From the NCBI RefSeq assembly GCF_000039765.1, contig NC_004459.3, forward strand, positions 270,001 through 302,000: 32,000 nucleotides of DNA, written 5' to 3'. Origin of the DNA: Vibrio vulnificus CMCP6 (GTDB lineage: Bacteria; Pseudomonadota; Gammaproteobacteria; Enterobacterales; Vibrionaceae). The stretch's first letter is position 1. Each line of letters starts with the position of its first letter. Shown here one piece after another: positions 20,747 to 29,137 of this stretch. Below the pieces are notes generated by a model. It was not told where the DNA came from. It did no database searches and was given only the letters and a program-made list of their open reading frames with translations. A program made the position numbers and the translations under genes.

Positions 20747-22312
20747 ATGGGCATTCTGGAATCCGATATTCAATCGCAGCTGCATCAGTTAAGTTGTCAA
20801 TTAGACCAACTTCGATTGACACATCGCGACTCGTCACTCAAATTTAAGCGTGAACAACAAGTTCTGAAGCGCATCGTTACTTCCCTGAGCGCAGCATGCC
20901 AGGGGGGCGACCCGACGCTCACGCAGCATTTGAAGGCGGTTCAGCAAGAACTTGAACAACAAAAAGATGTAAGCACTCTTATTCCACGCCTTGCCGTGTT
21001 AGAAAGAATGCTCAGACAACAAGCAGTGGCTATGGATAAACAGAGCGGTTTTCTCGACGAACAGATTAAGCACAGCGGTGAGACTTTACAGCGCGTCGCT
21101 GGGCTTCCCCCACAACTAAAACGCGAATTGCGCAGTTTAATGACGTTCAATGACGTCAATAAAGCGCGCAATGTCGATCAAGCAGTACGTCTGCTCAATA
21201 TTTACGAACGTGCGCTGAAGATCATCACCTCCAACTCTCGAATCAACTTTAATGAACTCAGTGATACTCCCGATCGCTCGCAGCTAGACTGCCTCTCCGC
21301 AGAGCTGCAACACGTGATCACGGAACTGGATTTTGAAGGCGAATCGGGCGACTTGTTATTGGATATCCGCACTAAGCTGCTGTTGGGTGTTTCCACCGAA
21401 TCACTACTAGAACTGACCCTTCAAGTGCTCAAACTGGTGATTGAAGGGACGAAGTTTGAAAGAAAATCATCCGAGCATTTCCTAGAACAGCTTAATGGCT
21501 CACTCGCTGCCAACTTAAAAACCTCTCACGTCAACGTTGACCAAAGCCAAACGTATTTTGAACATCGCCAACAGCTCAATCGAGAGTTAGAAGGATTGGT
21601 GGCGAAAAGCCAGGCTTCATTGGACAATGCAACCGAGCTCGAACAGCTCAAAAACAACATTTCCCCCTTGTTAGCGCAAATGGCCTCGTTGTCTCAACGT
21701 TTGCAACTGGCGGAAGAGAAAGAACAAGCGCTACAAGAAAGACTGCAATACAACAAAAATCAACTTGAAGCGGTGTTTGAAATTACCCAAGACTATCGTA
21801 AACGCCTAGAAGATCAGGCTCAGCGCATGCTGCTAGACCCCCTCACTAAGGTGTATAACCGCACCGCCTTTAACGATCGTCTTGAACTTGAATATCGTCG
21901 CTGGATCCGCGCACAGCACAATCTCCGTGTGGTACTGCTCGACATTGATGGTTTTAAAGCCATCAACGATAGCTATGGCTACTCTGCTGGCGACAAAGCA
22001 TTGAAGATCATTGCGCGAACCATTCGCAAAGCGGCGGCCGACACCGATACCGTGGCACGCTTTAGTGGTGAAGAGTTTATCTTGCTCATTCCAGAGCAAA
22101 GTGAAGAGTACACACTCGAGCTGATTAAGCACATTCAAGCAGAAGTCAGCAAACTACCGTTCAAATTCCGTGAACAACAAATCACCATCACGCTCAGCGC
22201 CGCTTCCGTGGCTTTTAAAGAGTCGGATAATCCGGAATACGTGGTGGATCGCCTCGGCATCATGCTCAACGAATGCAAACGACGTGGAAAAAAACAGCTA
22301 GAATGGCGTTAA
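20747..22312 (+). CDS. Cytoplasmic coiled-coil protein with a C-terminal GGDEF domain (signature reads SGEEF)
   Basis: GGDEF-domain blocks are present: DPLTKVYNRTAF, LLDIDGFKAINDSYGYSAGDKAL, and RFSGEEFILL (SGEEF at 22064-22078). There is no RxxD I-site five residues upstream. The N-terminal ~350 aa is Q/L/E-rich and coiled-coil-like. Confidence 0.8.
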   Translation: MGILESDIQSQLHQLSCQLDQLRLTHRDSSLKFKREQQVLKRIVTSLSAACQGGDPTLTQHLKAVQQELEQQKDVSTLIPRLAVLERMLRQQAVAMDKQSGFLDEQIKHSGETLQRVAGLPPQLKRELRSLMTFNDVNKARNVDQAVRLLNIYERALKIITSNSRINFNELSDTPDRSQLDCLSAELQHVITELDFEGESGDLLLDIRTKLLLGVSTESLLELTLQVLKLVIEGTKFERKSSEHFLEQLNGSLAANLKTSHVNVDQSQTYFEHRQQLNRELEGLVAKSQASLDNATELEQLKNNISPLLAQMASLSQRLQLAEEKEQALQERLQYNKNQLEAVFEITQDYRKRLEDQAQRMLLDPLTKVYNRTAFNDRLELEYRRWIRAQHNLRVVLLDIDGFKAINDSYGYSAGDKALKIIARTIRKAAADTDTVARFSGEEFILLIPEQSEEYTLELIKHIQAEVSKLPFKFREQQITITLSAASVAFKESDNPEYVVDRLGIMLNECKRRGKKQLEWR

Positions 22313-22551
22313 TGAGTGGTCATTTATTAACCACTCAGACGAGATTTCACCATCAGTTATAGTTTTTTCAATTAGTTATCACATTTCTTTTTGCTCATAC
22401 TTTGCTAAGCTAACTACATTCATGACGTGTTTTGCCGAGATTTTTTCTCGGCATAGAACAGAGATTCACGCGCTTATCGGATTCAATAACAACCATTATT
22501 TTTCCTCGTGGATCTCTGCCTGTTAATTACAATGCTAAGCAAGGAGGCCAT

Positions 22552-23928
22552 ATGATTACTCATATCAGCCCAGCAGGAAGTATGGATCTGCTCTCTCAAC
22601 TTGAAGTTGAGCGTCTGAAAAAAACCGCCTCTAGTGAGCTTTACCAACTCTACCGCAACTGTACGTTAGCGGTGTTAAACTCAGGTAGCCACACGGATAA
22701 CTCCAAAGAGCTGCTCGACAAATATCAATCTTTTGATGTCAACGTAGTGCGCCGTGAGCGTGGCATTAAGTTAGAGCTCACCAATCCACCTGAACACGCT
22801 TTTGTCGATGGTGAGATCATCAAAGGTATCCAAGAACATTTGTTTTCTGTGCTGCGTGATATTGTTTACGTCAACATGCATCTTGCGGACAACCAACGCC
22901 TTAACCTTACTAATGCCACCCACATTACTAACCTTGTTTTTGGTATTTTGCGTAATGCTGGCGCTTTGATTCCTGGTATTGAGCCAAATCTTGTGGTGTG
23001 TTGGGGCGGTCACTCCATCAACCCTGTTGAGTACCAATACACACGCGAAGTGGGGAACGAGCTCGGCCTGCGTGAATTGAACATTTGTACTGGCTGTGGA
23101 CCGGGCGCGATGGAAGGGCCAATGAAAGGCGCCGCAATTGGTCATGCCAAACAGCGCTACAGTACGCAACGTTACTTGGGCTTAACCGAGCCTTCAATTA
23201 TAGCCGCTGAGCCGCCAAACCCGATCGTCAATGAATTGGTGATCATGCCTGATATCGAGAAACGCTTAGAAGCATTTGTCCGCATGGGGCATGGCATCAT
23301 CATTTTCCCGGGTGGTGCAGGTACTGCTGAAGAGCTGCTCTACATACTGGGCATTATGATGCATCCAGAAAATGCCGATCAGCCGATGCCCATCGTCTTA
23401 ACAGGCCCTAAAGAGAGCGAGGCTTACTTCCGCTCACTGGATGCGTTTATTGGTGCTACTTTGGGGGAAGAAGGTCAGAAGCACTACCAAATCATCATTG
23501 ATGACCCAGCTCAGGTTGCCCGTGTGATGAAACAAGCGATGCCAGCAGTACGTCAGCACCGTAAAGACAAAGGCGATGCTTACAGCTACAACTGGTCTTT
23601 AAAGATTGAGCCTGAGTTCCAGTTGCCATTTGAACCAACACACGACTCTATGGCAAGTTTGGATCTGCATCTCAATCAGAAGCCTCAAGTATTGGCCGCT
23701 AACTTACGCCGTGCCTTCTCAGGTATTGTGGCGGGTAACGTAAAAGCCGAAGGCATTCGTGAGATCGAACGCAAAGGGCCATTCATTATTGATGGTGACC
23801 CTGCACTGATGAAGAAAATGGACAAACTGCTGCGCGATTTCGTCGCCCAGCACCGTATGAAACTGCCCGGCGGCAGTGCATATGAACCTTGCTATAAGAT
23901 CGCGTCAGCGGAAAATGGCGGTCGATAG
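22552..23928 (+). CDS. ppnN: Nucleotide 5'-monophosphate nucleosidase PpnN (LOG family, YgdH)
   Basis: It is collinear with the remembered E. coli PpnN from MITHISP onward, and the LOG motif [11 protein letters not shown] is present. AAGGAGG lies 6 nt upstream of ATG 22552. The track ORF begins at an upstream TTG and looks over-extended. Confidence 0.9.
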   Translation: MITHISPAGSMDLLSQLEVERLKKTASSELYQLYRNCTLAVLNSGSHTDNSKELLDKYQSFDVNVVRRERGIKLELTNPPEHAFVDGEIIKGIQEHLFSVLRDIVYVNMHLADNQRLNLTNATHITNLVFGILRNAGALIPGIEPNLVVCWGGHSINPVEYQYTREVGNELGLRELNICTGCGPGAMEGPMKGAAIGHAKQRYSTQRYLGLTEPSIIAAEPPNPIVNELVIMPDIEKRLEAFVRMGHGIIIFPGGAGTAEELLYILGIMMHPENADQPMPIVLTGPKESEAYFRSLDAFIGATLGEEGQKHYQIIIDDPAQVARVMKQAMPAVRQHRKDKGDAYSYNWSLKIEPEFQLPFEPTHDSMASLDLHLNQKPQVLAANLRRAFSGIVAGNVKAEGIREIERKGPFIIDGDPALMKKMDKLLRDFVAQHRMKLPGGSAYEPCYKIASAENGGR

Positions 23929-23951
23929 TCCATACGATTTACGTTACACTC

Positions 23952-23971
23952 AGGGGCCTTAGGCCCCTTTT
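23952..23971 (+). terminator. Short GC hairpin after ppnN
   Basis: GGGGCC-tta-GGCCCC is followed by TTTT, 18 nt before the xni ATG. Confidence 0.5.
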
Positions 23972-23988
23972 CAATACTGTAATTTTCT

Positions 23989-24768
23989 ATGGCTATTCAT
24001 CTTGTTATCATCGATGCACTCAATCTGATCCGCCGTGTCCACTCAGCTCAACCGGATCCGACGGACATAGCCAACACCATCCAAAACACCCGTCGTACCT
24101 TGCAGCGAATCATTAGTGAAAGTCATCCTACGCATATCGTCGCGGTGTTTGATCATCTCGGTAGCGACCGAGGATGGCGTGCAGAGATCCTTCCAGAATA
24201 CAAACAAGGGCGAAAGCCGATGCCAGAACCTTTGCTCAATGGTTTGGAGAAGATCCAAGAGGCATGGTGGCAGTTGGGTATTGATTCGCTGCTTTCTGAA
24301 GGTGATGAAGCCGATGACTTAGTGGCCACCCTAGCGTGCAAAGTCGCGCAACACGGTGAGAAGGTCACCATCATTTCAACCGATAAAGGCTACTGCCAAC
24401 TCCTTTCTCCCACTCTGCAGATTCGCGATTACTTCCAACACCGTTGGTTAGATCAGCCGTTTATTGAACAAGAGTTTGGCGTAAAACCTCAACAGCTTTC
24501 TGACTATTGGGGCCTGACGGGCATCAGTTCCAGTCAAGTGACCGGCATTCCCGGCATTGGCCCAAAAGCAGCCAAAGAGATCCTCAGCCAATTTGACGAT
24601 ATCGAACAGGCTTTTCTCTCGCCGGATCTACCAAAGAAATATCGCACTAAGTTCGATCAACATATCGAGTTAGCTCGCCGTTGCAAACGAGTCTCGGCAC
24701 TCAAAACCGATATTGAACTCGGTTTTAACCTGCAAGATCTGCGTTTTACCGCTAATGAGGCCCGTTAA
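23989..24768 (+). CDS. xni: Flap endonuclease Xni (ExoIX, YgdG)
   Basis: The N-terminus MAIHLVIIDALNLIRR resembles E. coli Xni. The H3TH motif GIPGIGPKAA is present. It is adjacent to ppnN (ygdH), as in E. coli. Confidence 0.9.
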   Translation: MAIHLVIIDALNLIRRVHSAQPDPTDIANTIQNTRRTLQRIISESHPTHIVAVFDHLGSDRGWRAEILPEYKQGRKPMPEPLLNGLEKIQEAWWQLGIDSLLSEGDEADDLVATLACKVAQHGEKVTIISTDKGYCQLLSPTLQIRDYFQHRWLDQPFIEQEFGVKPQQLSDYWGLTGISSSQVTGIPGIGPKAAKEILSQFDDIEQAFLSPDLPKKYRTKFDQHIELARRCKRVSALKTDIELGFNLQDLRFTANEAR

Positions 24769-24858
24769 TTTCCATGAACAACGCCTTGCCAGTCAGAACA
24801 CATTGACCGTGCAAATCCCACCAAGTGCATAACAAAACACCATCAATAAATGTTAAAC

Positions 24859-24935
24859 GTTATTGTTGTGTAATGGGTTACATTCACAACAATAACAACA
24901 AATTAATCAATACCTTACTGAGTATTGATTAATTT
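24859..24935. repeat. Two adjacent perfect AT-rich inverted repeats (12-bp stem with 14-nt loop; 14-bp stem with 8-nt loop)
   Basis: IR1 is GTTATTGTTGTG (24859-24870) paired with CACAACAATAAC (24885-24896). IR2 is AAATTAATCAATAC (24900-24913) paired with GTATTGATTAATTT (24922-24935). Both were read directly from the sequence. Confidence 0.85.
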
Positions 24936-25004
24936 ATTATCAACATCACAGCATTGATGAGCATTTACTCTATTTTCACCACTCTCTAACAAGGAGTAAT
25001 GAAA

Positions 25005-25748
25005 ATGAAAAACCTCATCCTACTATCACTATTATTTGCTTTACCTGCTGCGGCTGAAATTTGTGGCCAACACCTCGACAAAGGCATGCCCTCCACACAA
25101 CCGGATCAAGTGCTTTGCCGCGATGGCTACGCGGTAGGTTACAACTACAACACCAAAAACGCCGATTGGGTGGCCTACCATATTACGGCAGAGAGTGTGA
25201 ATGCTTCCTATAAGCGCAGCAACAGCTTTAAAGAAGATGCCGAACTGCCCGACTATGCTCGCTCCACCTTAGCGGATTACAGCAACTCAGGTTACGACAG
25301 AGGCCATCTTGCCCCGTCAGCGGCGATGGATTTCAGTCAGCAGTCAATGCAACAAAGCTTCCTGATGAGCAACATGTCACCGCAGTTACCGGGCTTTAAT
25401 CGCGTGGGTTGGCGTTTTCTGGAAGAGCATGTTCGTGATCTTGCCAATGAATATAACGAGCTTTACGTCGTCACTGGGCCCATTTACCAAGGTGGCGAAA
25501 ACGCGATTGGTAACGGAGTGGTCATTCCTAGCGCCTTTTTCAAAGTCATTCTTGACCCTGCGTTTAATGACGCGATTGCGTTTGTCGTGCCACACCGAGA
25601 TGTCTCTGGCAGTGAGCTAGCGAATTTCATCACCACGATTGACGAGGTGGAAAGATTGACCCAACTTGACTTCTTCTCCGCCGTCGATGACAGCACAGAA
25701 GCGAGCATGGAAGCACAGGTGTGGGAAATGTGGCCAACGTCGAACTAA
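25005..25748 (+). CDS. Secreted DNA/RNA non-specific endonuclease (beta-beta-alpha-Me, Serratia NucA/EndoG family)
   Basis: The signal peptide is MKNLILLSLLFALPAAA. The active-site motif DRGHLAP and a downstream SNMSPQ Asn are present. I prefer the second ATG (25005) because AGGAG at 24992-24996 is only 2 nt from the first ATG (24999) but 8 nt from the second. Confidence 0.85.
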   Translation: MKNLILLSLLFALPAAAEICGQHLDKGMPSTQPDQVLCRDGYAVGYNYNTKNADWVAYHITAESVNASYKRSNSFKEDAELPDYARSTLADYSNSGYDRGHLAPSAAMDFSQQSMQQSFLMSNMSPQLPGFNRVGWRFLEEHVRDLANEYNELYVVTGPIYQGGENAIGNGVVIPSAFFKVILDPAFNDAIAFVVPHRDVSGSELANFITTIDEVERLTQLDFFSAVDDSTEASMEAQVWEMWPTSN

Positions 25749-25755
25749 CACAAAC

Positions 25756-25787
25756 AAAAACGCTCCTCATGTCGAGGAGCGTTTTTT
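25756..25787. terminator. Bidirectional terminator between the nuclease gene and rlmM
   Basis: AAAAACGCTCCTC-atgtc-GAGGAGCGTTTTTT has A- and T-runs on both sides. Confidence 0.75.
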
Positions 25788-25811
25788 AGCGAACCGTTTC
25801 TTCAACTCATC

Positions 25812-26903
25812 TTAGTGCGGAGAAATGTTCGATAGCACCTGAATGTGTACGGTGATCTCTTCGCGATCGTGATAAAGGTGTTTCGCTTGCAGCTTAAACT
25901 TCACCTTGTTCTCAATCAGGAAGGTCTTAAGATTTTCAATGTCTTGTAAAACCTCGTCATAACGACCTTTCATCGGCAACTTCAGGTTAAAGATGGTTTC
26001 TTTCGCCCACCCTTTAATGAGCCATTCGCCCATCAGATGCGCCACGCGAGCTGGCTTTTCCACCATGTCACACACTAACCAAGTCACGTTCTTACGGTCT
26101 GGCTCAAATTTAAAGCCATCCACCATGTGATGCTTGATCTGGCCTGTTTCCATCAAGCTGTCTGCCATCATGCCGTTGTCCACACAGTGAACGAACATAG
26201 AGCGCTGCACTAGCTGATAGGTCCATCCACCAGGACACGCGCCTAAATCCACCGCCCACATGCCCGAAGACAAACGCGTATCCCACTCTTCACGCGGAAT
26301 AAACACATGAAAAGCCTCTTCCAACTTCAACGTTGAGCGGCTTGGCGCATCGGCCGGGAATTTTAAACGTGGAATGCCCATAAAGAAGCGCGAATTATTG
26401 TGCGAATAAGAGTAACCAGCAAAGCAGTGGCCTGACGCAACAAAGCAAAGGTGGAACACAGGCTTCTTGGCATTTTCTTTCGCCAGCAATAAACCTTTAC
26501 CACGTAATGCTTGGCGCATTGGGACGGTAAACTTGCGACAGAACTTCAACAGCTCTTTTGCTTCGTTGGTGTCTGGTGTTTCAATACGCAAATCACCACA
26601 AACAGGGAACGCGTCGATCTCACCCAGCTCCGCAAGGATTGGGCTAATGCGATCTTCACTCGGCAGTTCGGTGAACTCTGCTGCAACCGCAAACATTTGA
26701 CGCGCAAAAATCAGCGCGTTGAAGTCCAGTTCACGTGCCAGTTTATCGGCATCCCCATCTTGGTAACATTCGAACAGAACATACCCTGCGTTTTTGAACA
26801 CACGTGGAAAACCATAAACCTCTAACTGAGTCGCTTTGTCCTGAATTTCACCAGCACACTCTTTTTCAAAGCCCTGACGACAATAGAGCATTAATTGTTT
26901 CAC
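25812..26903 (-). CDS. rlmM: 23S rRNA (cytidine2498-2'-O)-methyltransferase RlmM (YgdE)
   Basis: It is collinear with the remembered E. coli RlmM, and the SAM-binding motif [10 protein letters not shown] is present. I chose the GTG start at 26903 because GAGG lies 7 nt upstream and GTGA overlaps the ygdD stop. An ATG at 26891 is the alternative. Confidence 0.88.
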   Translation of the reverse strand: MKQLMLYCRQGFEKECAGEIQDKATQLEVYGFPRVFKNAGYVLFECYQDGDADKLARELDFNALIFARQMFAVAAEFTELPSEDRISPILAELGEIDAFPVCGDLRIETPDTNEAKELLKFCRKFTVPMRQALRGKGLLLAKENAKKPVFHLCFVASGHCFAGYSYSHNNSRFFMGIPRLKFPADAPSRSTLKLEEAFHVFIPREEWDTRLSSGMWAVDLGACPGGWTYQLVQRSMFVHCVDNGMMADSLMETGQIKHHMVDGFKFEPDRKNVTWLVCDMVEKPARVAHLMGEWLIKGWAKETIFNLKLPMKGRYDEVLQDIENLKTFLIENKVKFKLQAKHLYHDREEITVHIQVLSNISPH

Positions 26904-27298
26904 TGAGATACCTCGTTCGTTTTTAAAGCTGCCAACATCAACATTATCCAACCAATAATAAACAGCAAGCCTCCCATAGGAGTGATGGGGCCAAACCATT
27001 TTATGCCAGTTAATGCGAGGGCGTATAAGCTGCAGCTAAAGCAAAAGATGCCGATGATAAAACAAATTGCCGCGCGGAAAAAATATTTTTGCGCTTTCTC
27101 TCCAGTCGGCAAAGACAGCAGAACGGCGCACAGGGCGATGGCGAGGGTATGCCAAAACTGGTACATCACGCCCGTCTCAAACACACCTAACAAATATGGC
27201 GACAATTGACTTTTGAGTCCGTGAGCAGCAAACGCGCCAAGTGCGACCGCCGATGCGCCTGAGAAACCAACAAAAGTGAGTAGCCACTTACTTTTCAT
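26900..27298 (-). CDS. ygdD: DUF423 inner-membrane protein (YgdD)
   Basis: The 132-aa, 4-TM product resembles E. coli YgdD ([15 protein letters not shown]). The start at 27298 has GGGG 7 nt upstream. The longer track ORF runs into the hydrolase gene. Confidence 0.8.
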   Translation of the reverse strand: MKSKWLLTFVGFSGASAVALGAFAAHGLKSQLSPYLLGVFETGVMYQFWHTLAIALCAVLLSLPTGEKAQKYFFRAAICFIIGIFCFSCSLYALALTGIKWFGPITPMGGLLFIIGWIMLMLAALKTNEVSQ

Positions 27299-27914
27299 CG
27301 TCAACCCCTTTAATAAAAGCGCACAGTTGCTCAATCGCCAACTGCACATTGCCGGCTTCTGTATAGCCAGAACTTTTTCTCGGTTTAAAACTATGATCGC
27401 CGTCAGGCAAAAACGCCAAACGCACCATTGAGGAGAACTCAAATTGCTGACACTCAGTTTGAGTACCAAACGTGTCTCGCTCACCTTGCAAAATCAACGT
27501 CGGTTTACTCAATGTTTGTAAGTGCTCACCTTTGAACTTTTCAGGCTTACCGGGAGGATGAAACGGAAAACCTAAACAGGCAATCCCTTTCACGAGGGGG
27601 TGCTCCGACAACAAACTCGCCATGCGTCCGCCCATCGACTTCCCCCCAATGATCACGGGGTCATCGGTCACGGATGCTATCACTTCGGAAAAGGCTTCCA
27701 GCAATTTCGGCGCGCGATCCGGTGGGCGTTTTTTGCCATCTTCAGCTCGTTTGGCCATATAAGGGAAATTGAAACGCACCACTCGAATCCCTTCCTTTGC
27801 CAATCCTTGAGCCACTGCGGTCATAAAAGCATGCTCCATCGGAGCCCCTGCACCGTGAGCAAAAATAAACAGCGGTCCGTTGTCTGGCCCATCAATAATG
27901 CATGGCAGATTCAT
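27288..27914 (-). CDS. Alpha/beta-fold hydrolase (COG3571/KANL3-like small hydrolase)
   Basis: The nucleophile elbow GGKSMGGR and a C-terminal DGDH are present. GAGG is the RBS. The start overlaps the gcvA 3' end by 23 nt. Confidence 0.72.
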   Translation of the reverse strand: MNLPCIIDGPDNGPLFIFAHGAGAPMEHAFMTAVAQGLAKEGIRVVRFNFPYMAKRAEDGKKRPPDRAPKLLEAFSEVIASVTDDPVIIGGKSMGGRMASLLSEHPLVKGIACLGFPFHPPGKPEKFKGEHLQTLSKPTLILQGERDTFGTQTECQQFEFSSMVRLAFLPDGDHSFKPRKSSGYTEAGNVQLAIEQLCAFIKGVDDEK

Positions 27915-28815
27915 CTAACACCTCTTCTTGTTCTTTGCGCGCGGTCACTAACATCCAGTCTCGAAATCGCGCGATACGCCCCATGTCAGCTTGCTGTTCA
28001 TGGCAGACGACGTAAAACGAATTCTTCGACAACAATATTTCATCAAAGGGTGCTATCAGACGGCCCGCCTCCATTTCTGGTTTGGCCAGCACATTGTTGC
28101 CCAAGGCCACCCCTTGCCCGTGGGCCGCCGCTTGCAGAACCATGGTCGAGTGACTAAAAATCGGACCTTGGTTGACATTGACCTCATCCAGACCGTTTTC
28201 CTTAGCAAATTGTTTCCAATCTTTTCTGGAGGTGTCATGGAGTAACGTATGTCGTTTTAAATCCTGCAAAGATTCTAATGGTTTGTTACCTAAAAGTAAT
28301 GAAGGTGAACAAAGTGGGATCAAATATTCTTGGTACAATTTATCGGCACGTAACCCCGGCCAATTGCCACGACCGTAATAAATCGCCACGTCCACATCGT
28401 CCGTCAAAGAGCCTTCGTCCATGTCCACCGCTTTGATTCGCACGTCAATGTCTGGCTCTTTAGCATTGAAATCCGCCAATCTTGGTACCAACCATTGAAT
28501 GGCAAAACTCGGTGGCAAACTGATGGTCAATGCCCCTTTTTCGCTACGTTCCAATACCTTATCGGTCGCTTCCGCGAGTGCTGAGAAGATATCTTTGATG
28601 TCTAAAAAGTAACTTTGCCCCTCTTCAGTGAGGAGTAAAGAACGGTTGCGGCGGCGGAACAGTTTCAATGAAAGAAACTCTTCAAGTGCTTTGATCTGAT
28701 GACTCACTGCCGCTTGAGTGACAAAGAGCTCTTCTGCAGCTCGAGTGAAACTAAGATGTCTAGCGGCGGCTTCGAATACACGAAGGGAATTCAGTGGGGG
28801 CAATCTTCGGGACAT
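27892..28815 (-). CDS. gcvA: LysR-family glycine cleavage system transcriptional activator
   Basis: It is near-collinear with the remembered E. coli GcvA (MSRRLPPLNSLRVFEAAARHLSFTRAAEELFVTQAAVSHQIK). It is divergent from gcvB. Confidence 0.92.
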   Translation of the reverse strand: MSRRLPPLNSLRVFEAAARHLSFTRAAEELFVTQAAVSHQIKALEEFLSLKLFRRRNRSLLLTEEGQSYFLDIKDIFSALAEATDKVLERSEKGALTISLPPSFAIQWLVPRLADFNAKEPDIDVRIKAVDMDEGSLTDDVDVAIYYGRGNWPGLRADKLYQEYLIPLCSPSLLLGNKPLESLQDLKRHTLLHDTSRKDWKQFAKENGLDEVNVNQGPIFSHSTMVLQAAAHGQGVALGNNVLAKPEMEAGRLIAPFDEILLSKNSFYVVCHEQQADMGRIARFRDWMLVTARKEQEEVLDESAMHY

Positions 28816-28823
28816 ACGGCTCT

Positions 28824-28857
28824 CTAACCATTAGTTTTTTTAATCTGAAACATTATA
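28824..28857. promoter_or_regulatory. gcvA promoter/leader region: minus-strand TATAAT (28852-28857) and a CTAAC-C-ATTAG palindrome (28824-28834) containing the GcvA-type CTAAT motif
   Basis: The hexamer and palindrome were read directly from the sequence. The CTAAT motif for GcvA sites is recalled from the E. coli literature. Confidence 0.4.
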
Positions 28858-28866
28858 ATTTGTCCA

Positions 28867-28895
28867 TTGTAGAACAGCCAGATAAATTCTATATT
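28867..28895 (+). promoter_or_regulatory. Candidate gcvB promoter TTGTAG-N17-TATATT
   Basis: The spacing is 17 nt. The predicted start is about 28903, 8 nt before the AGCC stem that corresponds to the first E. coli GcvB stem. Confidence 0.45.
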
Positions 28896-28902
28896 TCACC
28901 CC

Positions 28903-29108
28903 GCAACGCTAGCCTGAACGGCTTGATTTCTTTGTAAATCAATTGGCTTAGTTGTTGCGATGTTGTGTTTGCAAACTCGTATTTCGAGTTAGGTAGATTT
29001 CTACCGTAGTGTTTTGTCCAACTCCCTGTGACAAAACCTATACTTCCTGTATTTATTTTTGACCTGTCTGTCAAATTTGTTACACCGCCTATTAGGCGGT
29101 GTTTTTTT
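28903..29108 (+). ncRNA. gcvB: GcvB small regulatory RNA
   Basis: The conserved GU-rich R1 GTTGTTGCGATGTTGTGTTTGCAA lies at 28951-28974 and R2 ACTTCCTGTA at 29042-29051. The terminator CACCGCC-tatta-GGCGGTG plus T7 ends at 29108. It is divergent from gcvA. The 5' end is uncertain by about 10 nt. Confidence 0.85.
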
Positions 29109-29137
29109 ATCTGCGAAATATGCTCACATCACAGTGA

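Noticed and set aside
22432-22551. N-terminal extensions in the ORF track for ppnN (this span), glyA (7244-7306), rlmM (26904-26999), ygdD (27299-27484) and treB (11464-11475)
   Set aside because: Homologue N-termini recalled from E. coli, together with strong RBSs at the internal starts, argue for the shorter genes. Several of the extensions begin at non-ATG codons.
24868-24889. CRP-like TGTG...CACA at the first hairpin upstream of the nuclease
   Set aside because: The TGTG and CACA halves are separated by 14 nt instead of the 8 nt of the CRP consensus. The symmetry is simply part of the longer inverted repeat.
28889-29074. 61-aa minus-strand ORF
   Set aside because: It lies entirely within the GcvB sRNA locus on the opposite strand, so the conserved sRNA explains the region.
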